Numbered from the stretch's first letter, positions 1 through 11,835 are shown. The stretch is DNA of 64,000 nucleotides from Phyllosticta citribraziliensis (GCF_038025025.1 NW_027117341.1:1240001-1304000), one strand, 5' to 3'. The notes: generated by a model not told the origin, from the sequence alone. A program made the numbers and translations.

Positions 1-390
1 AGAACCCGCGGCATCCTCCTCGCGCCTCTGCTTCTTGCTCTTCGGCGGCTTGCCGCTCTCCTTCTCCTGCTCCTTCTCCAGCTTCTGCTTTGCCTGCATC
101 TCCAGCTTCTGCGCCGCCTTGTACTCCTGCTTCTGGCTCCTCATCTTCTTCTCTGCGCCCTCCTTGTCCTTGCTCTTCGACGTGCCCTCCACCACCTCCG
201 CCCACATATCGGCGACATTCTCGCTCGTCACGTTGGCCCCTTTTTCCTTGCCCTCATCTTTGCCATCATCTTTGTCGCCGCCCTTCTTGCCCTGCCTCTT
301 CCTCTTTTTCGAGTTGGCGGCAGCGGAGGCCGCCGCCTCGGATTCCGTCTTCAGCGGCGCCGAGAGGTTCCACCCGGGGACGGCGAACAT
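1..390 (-). CDS. RRP8: 25S rRNA (adenine-N1)-methyltransferase Rrp8, 5' part (runs off window start)
   Basis: Minus-strand ATG at 390 gives MFAVPGWNLSAPLKTE followed by a Lys/Glu-rich region. MFAVPGW is the N-terminus I recall for filamentous-fungal Rrp8. The methyltransferase domain lies outside the window. Confidence 0.75.
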   Translation of the reverse strand, partial: MFAVPGWNLSAPLKTESEAAASAAANSKKRKRQGKKGGDKDDGKDEGKEKGANVTSENVADMWAEVVEGTSKSKDKEGAEKKMRSQKQEYKAAQKLEMQAKQKLEKEQEKESGKPPKSKKQRREEDAAGS

Positions 391-514
391 GTTGGCTGTG
401 TGGCTGGTGTTGTTGTTGGTGTGAGGGAGGCGCCGTCGTAGTGTGGGAAAATCTGGAGGAGCGAGGGAGGGAAGAATTACGCGCGATGCGGTGGGTGGAG
501 CTTGGACCACGCGA

Positions 515-594
515 AGGGAAATTTTGGCCGGGGTACGGGAGGGCGGTGAGCTTAGCGTGATTGTCGGGGAACCAGCATTATTCGGGCTTAGTCA
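515..594. promoter_or_regulatory. Possible ribosome-biogenesis promoter elements upstream of RRP8 (RRPE-like GAAATTTT; two GCTTAG motifs)
   Basis: GAAATTTT at 518-525, GCTTAGCG at 550-557 and GGCTTAGTCA at 585-594, within 210 bp of the RRP8 ATG. Short motifs that could occur by chance. Confidence 0.3.
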
Positions 595-1122
595 GAAGTT
601 GAGGTTGTATAAATAAGGCAGGTTGGTTACTGTGAATATTCCCTAGGAATACTTTGGTCAGATGAGTAAATGCTTTGCAAATGTAATAAGTAGGAGGAGC
701 TTGCATGGTCCTTGTTTGTCACTGACTTGGCTATATTCCCTGGACTATAATGACTACACAAAAGGTCTTTTTACTTAACGACACACACAACAATGAACCC
801 AATTCTCACATGCAATGTCTGTATCTGACAGAGCAGACTTGTCGACGCGCGAAACATTGTAAGGTTGTGTCGTTTAAGGTAGCAGCATTCCAGAAAGATG
901 CTCATATTGTACGACTAATAGGTATATAGGTATATTGCGGAAGAAGCAGCACCAGAAGCAGAGGTAGAAGCAGATGAAAAGTCGCAAGACACGACAAAAG
1001 GAAACTTCGTAAAACGTGAGGGAGACGAGGGTACGAAAGAGGCAGAGGGATGGAAACAAAGGCAGAGGTGTCGTCGGGGGTATAAAAAGCATGCCGGAAT
1101 CAGCGTGGAAACAGCAGAGCCA

Positions 1123-3975
1123 TCAACGCCGCGGATCGTCTGCCACTTGGCATGCAGCTTCAGACTGCTGCTGCAAGTCCGGTGGAGCTGCCGTCCTTTC
1201 CATTCCGCGCACCGCAGACGCGCCGTCCGGTGGTTTGCTCTCGTCGTCTGCCGCGAGGGTGCCAGGCGTCATGGTCGAATTCGACTCGCGTCGATCCAGA
1301 TCCCCCTGCACCCGCACCCCCTCCTTCCCCTTCTCGCGCTTCTCCGCAAAGCAGTCGTACGTCCTTAGCGCCTGGGCGCGCTCATCCGACGCGCGGCCGC
1401 GAAACGGCAGCAGCGCCGCCTCCCCCTCCCCATCCTCGTCATCATCGTCGAGATGGATCTCGTGCGTGGCGGTCGCCAGGTCGGGCACGTCGCCCAGCCC
1501 CATGTCCCACTCGTGGAACCCCGAGTCCTGGTGCATGGGCGGGCTGAAGAAGCGCGGCGACGACGAGCGGCGCGAGCGGCGTGGGGGGTCGTCCAAGGCG
1601 CGCGTAAGCCCGACGAGGTCGTGCTCTTGCGAGAAGCGGGTTGACAGTGAGAGCGGCGGGAGCGTGAACGCGGGATCGTCGCCCTCTAGGTCGAGCGAGG
1701 AGGGGGGCAGGGGGACAGACATGTCGACGTCTTGCACGCCGCCGACGCCGGCGAGGTCGGTGGGGAAGAGTGCGTGGTGGTAGTGGTGGGTTTGGTCGTA
1801 ATTGTGGTGGTCTAAGAAGTCGAGCGGCTCGTGGCGTGGTGTTGTCGAGAGGCAGACGGTTTCCTGCTCGACTGCGTTTCCGCGGTGGTCCAGCCGCAGC
1901 GCGCCGTTGTTGACGAGCCGCGTATTGCCGTCTTCGTAGATGCGCTCCCACGCCCGCTCATGCCGGTCCGGAACGTCTGCAGATGTGGAGGGGTCGTGGC
2001 GGTCGTGTTCCGAGTCGCCGTCGAGTGACAGCGACGAGCTTGGCCGCGTAAACGGCGAGTCGTTGAAGGGGCTGCGATCTGTTATCCCGCAGAGCCCGGC
2101 GTCGGCGACGATGTACGATCCGGAGCTGGCGGCCTCGTACTCTGTCGGTGGACGCACGTCAGCGTAGCTGAGATTGGCGGAAGACGCAGGGTGGGCGCGG
2201 CGGTCAGACTCCTGGAACCGGCGGTATTGAGCAATATCTTCGTGGCCGACGGCTGTCAGAGGGTCAATGTACTCCTTGTCCGAACGGTGCGTTGTGTAAC
2301 TGTGCCTGGCGGCGGTGGGCGGCCTGGACGCCAGCGGATGTATATCTGGAAAACGAAGAAGCAATTCCTTTGCTGGAACTCTATCACGTGGGTCGTTGCT
2401 GAGACACGCTTTCACCACCTCTTGATAATACTGGGGAGGACCACTCGGCATGGGCAGGGCCAGTGGCCGCTCTTCTCTTTCTGGCTCGTCTTGCTGCTCA
2501 GCCAGAGCCCACAAGACCATGCCCAGTTGGAAAAGATCTGATTTGACGCCAATGTAAATGCCGACTCTTTGGCCAGACTCGATGAGTGTGGCGAGCTCTG
2601 GAGGCTCCCATCCCACAGGGCATCCCCTGCGGTTGATGTCTATAATTTTAGCGTCGTCATTTGCGTCAATGACAACATTAGACACGGTAAAGTCGCCCTG
2701 GACATAGCCACTCTCGTGGATTTCTGAAAGACCGCGGACAATTTGCTTTGCCCAGCGCTCTCTCCGAGGCCACGACATCTCCAGCGTCGCCTTGCCATCG
2801 TAAATCAAGTCGACGAGGGCGCCCTTGTCGGCGTAGCTAATGAGCAAACCGGTAACGCGTTCGCCCGCGTCGTCGGTGATCAAACCGGCAAAGTCAATGA
2901 CACTCTGCGAGCCCTTGAGTTGGCAGAGCGCATTCGCCTCATACAAGAACTCGTCTACCGATCCAGGCCCGGGGATTTCTTTCTTGATGTAGACGCGCGA
3001 GGAAACGGAAACCTTGTAAACAAAACCAGAAAGATGCGATTCAAAATGGACGTCGCGGTCTCTATAAAAGCGACAGTCCAGGTGCGCGACGGAGGAAACA
3101 GGCGGATAGGGAATCGTCTCGTTGACGTCTTCTGTGACGTGGACGTGAAGCTGGCCGTCGGTCGTCTCGAGCCGGAGATTGGTGACGGTGTCGAAAAACT
3201 GGACTTCGGCCAGCGAGTCACGAATGGCCTCGTAGATGCGCTCGCTCTTGTCCCGCTGGTAGTGGAGGCTGTTCAGAGTGGCTTCGAGCGAGTCCGGGTC
3301 AGTGTTGCGGTAGTCGACGGTGATGGTCAGGCGCCGCCAGCGGTTGGGCTCCTCGGCATAGGTCATGAAGAATTTCTGGCGGTCAGAATTGTCCCGGAAG
3401 TGCATGCTGAGGTTGAGGATCCACTTGGTGTCGAGTTCGTGCTTGATGACGCGCTCGTCGACGCCGTCACAGCTGCCATGGTCGTCGGACATGTCGCCAG
3501 TCGTGGAGAGCGGGGGACGAGGGTACAAGGGCGCGCCATCATCCATGTGCGGCGCGGCGTCGTCGTCCATGGAGTCTCCAGGCGGTCCGCGGCCAGTCGG
3601 CACCAGCGAGTCGTTTGTTTCGGAGGCGTAGGGGCTCAGAGAGTCTGGTGCCGAACATCTCAAGGCGAACTTGGGAGGAGGGGAGCTGTTGCGATGCGAG
3701 GTGCCGGTGCTTCGTCGATCAGCCGAAAAGGCCCTGCGCTCCGCGTGGCTCAGCTCGTTTGCGATTCGTTGGTCTTTGTGGACCTTGAAGGGGGCCGTGG
3801 TCCTCGACGGCCGCTCCTCGTCGCCATACTTTTTATCGTCGTCGTCGTCCTCACCCAGCTTCTCAGACGGCTCCAGCGGCAGCGCCGTCTCGTCCTTTTT
3901 GAGCCAACCTCCCAGCCTACTCAAAGACAGCCTGTCCCATTTGAGGGAGCTCCGGTTCGCGAGTTGCGGCGCCAT
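1123..3975 (-). CDS. Atypical protein kinase-domain protein with disordered N- and C-terminal regions
   Basis: Intronless ORF; first ATG at 3975 (MAPQLANRSS). Kinase motifs: YIKK (VAIK-like), EFLYE, VQGDFTVSN catalytic loop, IIDIN (DFG-equivalent), WEPPE, SDLFQLG, DPRDR. Confidence 0.85.
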   Translation of the reverse strand: MAPQLANRSSLKWDRLSLSRLGGWLKKDETALPLEPSEKLGEDDDDDKKYGDEERPSRTTAPFKVHKDQRIANELSHAERRAFSADRRSTGTSHRNSSPPPKFALRCSAPDSLSPYASETNDSLVPTGRGPPGDSMDDDAAPHMDDGAPLYPRPPLSTTGDMSDDHGSCDGVDERVIKHELDTKWILNLSMHFRDNSDRQKFFMTYAEEPNRWRRLTITVDYRNTDPDSLEATLNSLHYQRDKSERIYEAIRDSLAEVQFFDTVTNLRLETTDGQLHVHVTEDVNETIPYPPVSSVAHLDCRFYRDRDVHFESHLSGFVYKVSVSSRVYIKKEIPGPGSVDEFLYEANALCQLKGSQSVIDFAGLITDDAGERVTGLLISYADKGALVDLIYDGKATLEMSWPRRERWAKQIVRGLSEIHESGYVQGDFTVSNVVIDANDDAKIIDINRRGCPVGWEPPELATLIESGQRVGIYIGVKSDLFQLGMVLWALAEQQDEPEREERPLALPMPSGPPQYYQEVVKACLSNDPRDRVPAKELLLRFPDIHPLASRPPTAARHSYTTHRSDKEYIDPLTAVGHEDIAQYRRFQESDRRAHPASSANLSYADVRPPTEYEAASSGSYIVADAGLCGITDRSPFNDSPFTRPSSSLSLDGDSEHDRHDPSTSADVPDRHERAWERIYEDGNTRLVNNGALRLDHRGNAVEQETVCLSTTPRHEPLDFLDHHNYDQTHHYHHALFPTDLAGVGGVQDVDMSVPLPPSSLDLEGDDPAFTLPPLSLSTRFSQEHDLVGLTRALDDPPRRSRRSSSPRFFSPPMHQDSGFHEWDMGLGDVPDLATATHEIHLDDDDEDGEGEAALLPFRGRASDERAQALRTYDCFAEKREKGKEGVRVQGDLDRRESNSTMTPGTLAADDESKPPDGASAVRGMERTAAPPDLQQQSEAACQVADDPRR

Positions 3976-5496
3976 GATTTGTCGAAAGATGCAAGAGAAG
4001 GAAACGGCTGGAGGCGCCCAGGCAGACGAGCGAGACTGCGGGCAGCTCCAGCTGATGGTACTTTGCCCAGGAGCAGGAGGGCCGTCGGGCGCGTAAGGGG
4101 CAAGGCTGGGGTGGTCCAAACTACGGCGCTGGGACGGATACGTTCATGCTGCGCGTGCGACGGTAACATAGCATTTGAAGGCTGCGGGGGGAGGTTGGTT
4201 CACGCGCGCAAATCCAGGCCTCGAGGCATGGGCGACGTCGATGGAATTGAAGTGGCAAATGGGCCGAAATCCCAAGTCAAGACGGAGGGCAAAGGCTTAT
4301 TATCATGTTATGGTCGACATTGAAAAGGCGGGCTGCTGGGGCAGGGTTTTGCAGCGGCGGCACAGAGTCAGAGGGCCAATTGGGCGCGCCCCCCCAGGCA
4401 GTCAGCAGCAGATGAGCCACAATGAGCTGCAACGAGAAGACGACCGTCACGGCTGTGTGACGCGACGGGGTGAACGGCTGGACCTGAGGAATTGGCCTGC
4501 CTGAAAGAAATCCCCCGCTGACCGCAACTTTAGAACGACTTCACGCTCCCTCGTGGCCGTGGCATGCATGGTGCAGGCGCCGGTGCGGTGCGCTGGCCAT
4601 GCTTTTTCCGTCTGTCCTTGCAGCTTCACCCGCCCACTCGCATCCTTCGCCCATCTCCGCGCGTTATTGACATGTCGAGCCATCGCCAATGAGCCTTCAG
4701 GTCGTCTCGCGACGTCGTGGCATGGCAGCCCAAGCCGACTCCGGGTCGGTCCGTCGTCCGTCGTGTCCAGTTTAAACTTTCGACCCAACACCTCCCTTGC
4801 CTTGCCTTGCCTTGCCGCTCTTCATCAATCCACGACTGGCCTGTCTCGGCTCAGCCTCATCTTCGCCAACCGCGCCGCCAACGTCTCCCTCTTCATAACG
4901 CCATGCTCGCCCTGTCCTGACTGTTCGAATCCCTCGACACCCGTCACCGCATCATTGGACAAGCCGACGCGCTGGCTTTCAGTCGCCGCTCACTCTGGCA
5001 TCATCCGCATCATCTCAGCCACGAAGCCAAGCCCGCATCCGTCCAGGAAATCCGCGCAGCAAACGCCGTCCATTCGCATCTTGTCCGTCTGCCTCTGTTG
5101 GCGTGTCCGAGCCTCAGACGTCAGTGACAAAGCTTGGGTTGCCGGGCCGGCGCCCCGCGCCGAATAAACATGGCAGACCGCTCTTTACTAACGTCCGATT
5201 GACTGACTGGTCCTCAAAGTCTCCGGCGTTGGTGGCTTTGGACGTTGTGGGGGCGGAAAGACCCTGACTTTTTTCCCCTGTCGATGTCTCGTCGACTTGC
5301 TCCTTTTGTGGAGCTTTGAGTGATGTCGACGGGAAAATCCGCATTGCTGCGGCCAGCTCTTCCCGTGCGAATTTGGATAGACTTGCAGATTTCCATGTGG
5401 TCAGTTGCATTGACTATACTTGATCGACTCGTTGCTCCGTCGAACGCGATTGGGGAACTAATGGACAAGACTGGTGCTCAGATTGGCGTTGGACCG

Positions 5497-5512
5497 AAAA
5501 AAAAAAAAAAAA
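5497..5512 (+). repeat. Poly(A) tract (A16)
   Basis: 16 consecutive A in intergenic DNA. Confidence 0.9.
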
Positions 5513-5653
5513 GGGTCATCCGTTCTGGCCTTCTGTTTCTTGGAAAGACTTGGTTCAAGCGTCCTGGCCACCTCAGTCGTTCCACGGATGGTGAAGAAAT
5601 CCAGAAAAACCACCTCGGTCCGTCAAGGTAAGCTGCGAAGCTTACTACAGTCT

Positions 5654-6490
5654 CTAGCCCTTCAACCCACCGTCAATCTCCAACACACTACCGTTCATAT
5701 ACCTTGCATCATTGCTCATCAAAAACGCAACCACATCAGCCACCTCTTCGGGCTGGCCCAGACGGCCCAGCGAATTGCCCTTCGCCATCCTCTCGACGTA
5801 CTCCCCACCCTTGACAATGCCCGCATTGGTCGGCGTATCAATATACCCCGGCGCAACCACATTGGTGCGGATGCCGCGCGGACCCAGCTCGAGCGCCATG
5901 CTCTTGGAGAAGCCAATGAGGCCCCACTTTGTCGCGCAGTAGATGGCCTGGTTGGCGTAGGCGTGGACGCCGTTGATGCTGGACACGTTGACGTACGAGC
6001 CGCCGGGCGACGCCATGTGCGGGATGGTTGCGCGCGTCACGTTGTAGACGCCGCGCAGGTTGACGCTCATCAGCTTGTCCCAGTACTCGTCCGTCGTCTC
6101 TTCCAGCTTGTATGACGTCGGGTTGACGCCGGCGCAGTTGAAGACGTGGTCGATCTTGGCTCCGTCTTTTGTTATGCTCTCCACGTATGCCTCGACGGCC
6201 GCCTTGTCCGCGACGTTGAGCTTTGCGCTGCTAGTCGAGGCAGGCGATTCTTGGCTCGCGCATCTCTTTTCCGTCTCCTGCACTCCGTCGAGGTTGATGT
6301 CGGTCAGGAACACATGGGCGCCGAGTTCGTGAAGCTTGAGGGATGTGGCTCGTCTGTGGGGAATCTCTCGTGTTAGTCCACTGGTTGCCAAAGGTGGGGC
6401 TAGCTTGCTGCGCTGGTGTATTGTGGATTACCCAATTCCGCTGCCTGCTCCTGTGATGAGAATGCGCGTATCCTTCAGTGAAGCAGTCAT
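5654..6490 (-). CDS. Classical short-chain dehydrogenase/reductase (FabG-like), 1 intron
   Basis: ATG 6490 gives MTASLKDTRILITGAGSGIG, then a GTAATC..ACTAAC..CAG intron, then NCAG, NVSS, YCATK catalytic motif, PGYIDT and C-terminal IDGG. Confidence 0.92.
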
Positions 6491-7285
6491 TGTCGTCAAC
6501 GTGATGCGATGGAGACAACAAGTTGGGAGGAAAATCTGTATTTGATTGACAGCTTCGTTGCTGAGCGTGGGGTCCGCCCAAGCGCATGCGGTGGGGTTGT
6601 CTGCATGACGTTTCGCTTAGCAAAGCTTATCCAAGATATCGTATCCCGTCTAGCGGTAGCTCGGATCGCGAAAATGGGGTAACGCTTGTTCGCACTTCAT
6701 CACTACGGTTGTTGTTGCTTGTGGGTTGTGATTGATGGGATGGTCTGCTGTCGCAGCTCCGTGGTTGCGCAGGCACGCTTCAGGGCTCCAACAGTGGTCC
6801 AGGGGTCCCTGTCTACCTGCCAGGAACCAAATGTGCCCTCGATGATGTCAACCTCGGGTGCGAAGCTTTTCGACAAAGTTGTCCAATTGTATTGAATAGG
6901 GTATAAGTTTACGAAATGTCCTCAATCAGTCTCGGGGAGGCAAGAGGGCGTCCAAAGGAAACTTTGGCCCGTGGCCCCCCATCGCTGACGTGACTGCTGC
7001 CCTCCCGGCATCAAGTACAACGTCATCTGCTTGGACGCGTCTTCCTGCGGTTGCCGTACTTGTTGTTCGCTTGTCGCTGTTTTTCGGAAACCCCTGATCG
7101 ACCGTTGGTCGGAGCGAAAAAAAAAAGTGACCGGGATGATGCTGATAGCCGATCTGGACTGCCGGAAAGATTATTGGAGCGCCCACGGAAACTCCGAGCC
7201 CACTTGCTGTAAACAATCCAAAACCCGAACGCCGATTACTCCGAACGGCCTTTTTCCTGGTGACGCCGACAACAGCTGATTATGA

Positions 7286-7609
7286 TTACACTTGCTGCTG
7301 CATCTTTGCGTTGGCGAGCTGGATCTTGTACTTGTTGTCGTCTTGCTTGTTCATGTAGATGAGGGCGCTGAAGTTGATGGCGCCGGCAATCAGGAAAAGG
7401 AGGAAGAAGCCCGCACCGGTCAACGAGGCCGCGGAGCTCGATGTGAAGATGGTGCAATTCGACGGGCAGGGAGTGAGGGAGGTCGAGCTCGAGGTGGAAG
7501 ACGAAGAGGTCGTGGTGGCAGTGGCAGTTTCGGCAGCAACACCTTGGGCCATCATGACCATGGCCATGAAGGCGAAGGCAGTCGAGTAGGAAATCTTGGA
7601 GGCAGCCAT
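7286..7609 (-). CDS. Small (107 aa) single-pass membrane protein: signal peptide, Ser/Thr-rich ectodomain, TM helix; 5'-UTR intron
   Basis: MAASKISYSTAFAFMAMVMMAQGVAA signal-like start, T/S run, CxxxC, hydrophobic GAGFFLLFLIAGAINFSALIY. Strong C-ending codon bias. Canonical GTAAGT..ACTGAT..CAG intron at about 7654-7706, upstream of the ATG. Confidence 0.75.
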   Translation of the reverse strand: MAASKISYSTAFAFMAMVMMAQGVAAETATATTTSSSSTSSSTSLTPCPSNCTIFTSSSAASLTGAGFFLLFLIAGAINFSALIYMNKQDDNKYKIQLANAKMQQQV

Positions 7610-10421
7610 TCTGAAGCGCAAAATGGCGATTTGAATGGCGATTCTCAGAGGATCTGCTGAATCAGTCTTGGCACGACGAGACTGGATCAGGACGAGGACG
7701 ACTTACGGTTGGCTGGGCTGTAAAAGGGAGAGCAGGAGAAGAGGAAGCGGTGGGAAATTGACGCGTTTGCTTAGCGGCAACGTCTGCTAAATAGTCTTCC
7801 ACGGTCCACAAGTTGGGGGCAAGGGGCCAGTACCCACAACGGGCGGCTCTTGTTTTTTAGACCGCTCCGGGGATGCGCGCATCTCATTGATCAACAGCTC
7901 CTTTCAGCCTTGGATCCAACGGGGGAAGGGCAGGGCAGGGCTCGGGACCGGCCATATCCTAGCCACGATGTACGGTTCGGGAAGACGGTGAGCGCGAGTG
8001 CCACGAGCAGCGTGGTGGAGACTGGACAATCAGCACCGTAGCGGGGCCGGGACCAGGGCAGTGTTGAAAATTACGCGTGCGTAGGACAGGACGTGCTCTG
8101 ATGCCGCACTCCGTTGCGAACATGAGCAGCGGGCATGATTGGAAATTTGGCCGGCTGTGGTAGCGCACGGGGCCAGTTGGAGATTATCTTGCCCTCGGCG
8201 TCGGCACAGAGGCGCAGAGACACGGGGCGGGAGAAACAGACGAGTCCGCCATGGGGACCAAGTCGAGACACGGTGGCTGTCGTTGGCAAGACGAGGTGGA
8301 AGGCTTGGGTTAGGGCGTCAGGCGGTGCAGTTGACGACGACGCCGCGTAGGCTCAAGAAGGAACGAAGTCAAGTCCTGCGAGAGCGCTTCGGCCCGGCTC
8401 ACTTTGGGCTTAGCGCCAGCTGGAACTAGCCGGAGCAAACCCCAGCCCCTGCCATCGACCTGGCCTTCCTCACCTCATCTCATCCACTCCCAACATGATT
8501 CCTCGACTCTGCTGCCCTTGGGCTTCTGTCATCTTTGCCAGATCATTCTCGACCGTCAGCCTGCTTCGCTCAATCCGCCGCTCATGACGTCGTTGGCCAG
8601 GCGCCCTCCCGGCGCAAATCTGTTATTCCCGCCAAACCGCCTGGCCAAAACTCCCCGGTCTGTAAATGTTTCAGTCGCATCAATCCAGCAGAGGCTCGAG
8701 CGCACGCCAACTCAGGGGACTGCTCTGGCAGTGCTGCCGTGGGTCGCCTAGAGCATGACCTCGCTCCAAGCCGCCGGGCCGTCTGTGCAATCTGTATTTC
8801 TTTGCTGTCTTGACAATTTCTTCCTTCGAGTCAGGGTTCAGCCAAGTATTGCGGAGACCCCTCCTCTTGGCACGCTATAAACATGCTTTGTAGCTGCTGA
8901 GAGAGTGGCCACTTCTCGATCTCACCCACATGTCCATGGCCGTCGTTGGTCGGTTTTCTCCCAGTGAAGAGTGCCACGACCTCGCAGATGGTCGGCAATA
9001 AGCTTACTCCGACGCAGCCATCGCTCATCTAAGAAAATGCACATCAGACCAGACCAGCTGCTGACCAACTACCGGCCTTACTGCCACCACGCGCAGGCGT
9101 TGACCTTACGGATGCAATGCTGCTATTGTTTGCATTGTTGATTTCTGACTGCTGGCGGGCTAGAGCTTTGTCACCCTCGATGATGACATTGAGGCTGATG
9201 GAACAGCCACAACCAAATTTCCTGGAGATCATTGAGATCGCACGAGACTTCTATTTGTGGAACTGACAAGGCTGAGCCTTGCCCCAGTCACTTGAATCAT
9301 CGCTCAAAAGATGAGCCGAAAACCGTCTCCATTCGCCGTTGGCCGCTTTTCCCTCTTGATTTTGCGGGAGAATACTTCAACGACAAAGACGAGAGATTCG
9401 CGAACCGATGTGGCGAGCTGACTCTGGTTTAAGCACTTGGTGTCTGCGCGATGCAAAGCTTGCAAACGGACAAGTCGGAAAGAAGACCCTTGGTCCAGAT
9501 ATTTGGACAACCCATCCCTGTGTCCCCATGGAATGAGCCGACGCTTCGAAGGTGGGGCGAAGAACCGTCTATCGAGGAACTTTCATCGCCTGTCCCGTTT
9601 GCGGAAGTCAAATGACTCTGGTTTCCAACCCGCCCAGCACTATCCTTCCTAGTACCACGGTTTTACTGCACAAAGAGCTCGATTGTTGGCATCTATGGAG
9701 AATTTTCGACCCGGTACACGCACATCTCGATTGTTGGCCATGATGCAGACAAAGCCGCGCCATCTCGTGGCTTCGTTGTACAAAGAAATCCCTGCGCTCC
9801 ACGCGAGGTTTGCGTCCACATCAAACGTCTTGTTCTCCCACGTTGTCTTCGCACTTTTCAGAATGATTTCCGTTTCATCTCAAACAGAAGAGCCGCATCT
9901 CTTGACTGCGGCCCAAAACCACCTTTACTGCCGCCCCTCATGAAGCGCGAGATGGCACGCGGATCGAAGCTGAGAAGTTCTCGGCGTTCTCAGTGACCCA
10001 AGAGAGTCCAGACTTTGGCCGAATCTGGTTAGTAACAATCTCATTGTTTGGAGGTGGCCTTTTCAACTAAACTGATTGAGGATAGCTACGACCTAGAAGC
10101 TGGATCGCTCGCCATATCGGACCCCAGCCGTACTTCCCATCGGGTTTGGTTGCCGGAATACCATGTGAGCTGTGCTTTGATTGGCACAGGGAATCTGGTC
10201 GACCAGAAGTGACTATTCGCTCTGAAGGAGCTGCCTCTTGCGCAGAACAGCCTTACCTCGTAGTCCGCCTTCCGCATTCAGATTGACGCGGTCACTTGGT
10301 TCGTTTCGTACGCCGACTTTAATATCGACTTGTCCTCCCTGGATGAGCCAGGAGAAGTTAATCTCCTCGCTTAATCGATACTTTTGCCTCCCTGGAGTCC
10401 ACTTCACAAGCACTTCTCACG

Positions 10422-11768
10422 ATGGGCAACAACCTAGTAACCCCGTCGGACAATCTGGAGCCGATTCCTCTGATCAATCAGCAAGCAACAATATTGGGAG
10501 TAAGCGTGGTCTTTGCGGTATGCATCTGCTCAAGTCTCGACCTCCATTTTACTTGCTGACGTTCTAACTTTATAGAGCCTTGCGGTAGCAGCAGTGGTGC
10601 TTAGGCTATATGCTCGCTTCAAGCTGGCGCACGCTGCAGGGTGGGATGACCTTATGGTATCACTCGCCGCAGTATGTGGAGCGAGCCAGCATGACTTTTC
10701 AATACTGAAAAAAGCAGATATCCTCAACGGTAGGAACTAGCTTGCTGAATGTTTGTGAGTTTTTCTCTTGAACCGTCGTAAGCGTCTGTGCGACTAACAG
10801 AGTCCAGTACCTGAACATGGACTTGGACAACACTTGAACACGCTCAACTTTTACCAAATCCAAGACTATCTCTATTGGTTTTGGGTGGCAGAGCTCAGCT
10901 ACATTTGCTCGACCACTTTGATCAAGGTGTCTCTTCTTGTCCAGTACCTTCGGCTGTTCACAAACCAACGCGGAATGATTCGGATCATTGTGGCTCTGAT
11001 TGTGTTCACGTCCATCTGGGGTCTTTGTTTTCTCGGAGTCGCATTGTTCGGCTGTCGCCCGATCCACAAGTTTTGGAAGTTGCTTGAAAAAGGTCATTGT
11101 GTCATTGGCAGTGGCCGTAGTTTCTTCCTCACATTTTTGGTTCACGCGGCTACGTCCATGGTTCTAGACTTTGTTGTTCTGTCACTGCCTCTTTTCACCT
11201 TGTCGCGCATCGATCTAGAAGGGGCCAGGAAATTTGCAGTGGCTGGATTGGTTACCCTAGGAGCCATGTGAGTCTCCATCTGCTTTCATTCTCTCAAGCT
11301 ACCATGTTCAAAAGACTGACCCACCGCAGCGTCACCATCATGAACCTAGTCAAAGTCGTCTTGGTCGTCAAGACTCAAGCTGGATTCTACCCCGTTACCG
11401 ACCCGACTTTCTACGCTCCTCCGGGGCTGATCCTGTCAGCTCTGGAAGTCGACTTTGCCATCCTCTGCGCCAGCATCCCCGTGTTCTGGCCCGTCATCTC
11501 CAAGCTCGGTTTCGGCCGAATCTTTGTCGTCGACGAGGTGGTTGTGCAGACGCAGCAGAGATTGAGGGGCATGTCTTCGTCGCAATTCGAGACTGACTCG
11601 GAAAAGGGCGAAACAAAGAATGGCAGCTACTCTTACAAGGATCCCTTTTACGAAACCAAGATTGGCGGCGACATTGGCGTGTTTTCAAATCACGGCGACG
11701 ACATTGAGCACGCTGTCAAGATTGAGACGACGGAAGTTCCGATGAACCATATACGACAGCTATGTTGA
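10422..11768 (+). CDS. Pth11-like (fungal rhodopsin-domain) integral membrane protein, 4 introns
   Basis: Spliced product MGNNLVTPSDNLEPIPLINQQATILGVSVVF..LRLYARF..GWDD..IKVSLLVQYLRLF..CRPIHKFW..LDFVVLSLP..EVDFAILCASIP: hallmark Pth11-family motifs with seven hydrophobic segments. Confidence 0.88.
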
Positions 11769-11835
11769 TACTATGATAATGATCACCACGAAGATACGAG
11801 CACAAAAGACATTTCTCAAAAATAACCCCACCACT

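Noticed and set aside
2743..4323. 526-aa plus-strand ORF, and similar long antisense ORFs such as 61201-62112, 40367-41227 and 48580-49437
   Set aside because: Antisense shadows of real GC-rich genes; no recognisable motifs.
4919..4935. GTTCGAATCC, a tRNA T-loop/B-box-like motif
   Set aside because: The flanks do not form a T-stem, and no cloverleaf or A-box is evident.
4553..5631. Several 80-200 aa ORFs between the kinase and SDR genes
   Set aside because: Mostly non-ATG starts, low-information translations and UTR/promoter-like composition.
8800..10400. Short ORFs and a 13-bp direct repeat (CTCGATTGTTGGC at 9678 and 9726) in the long intergenic region
   Set aside because: No family assignable and only two copies; cannot support a pseudogene or array call without a search.
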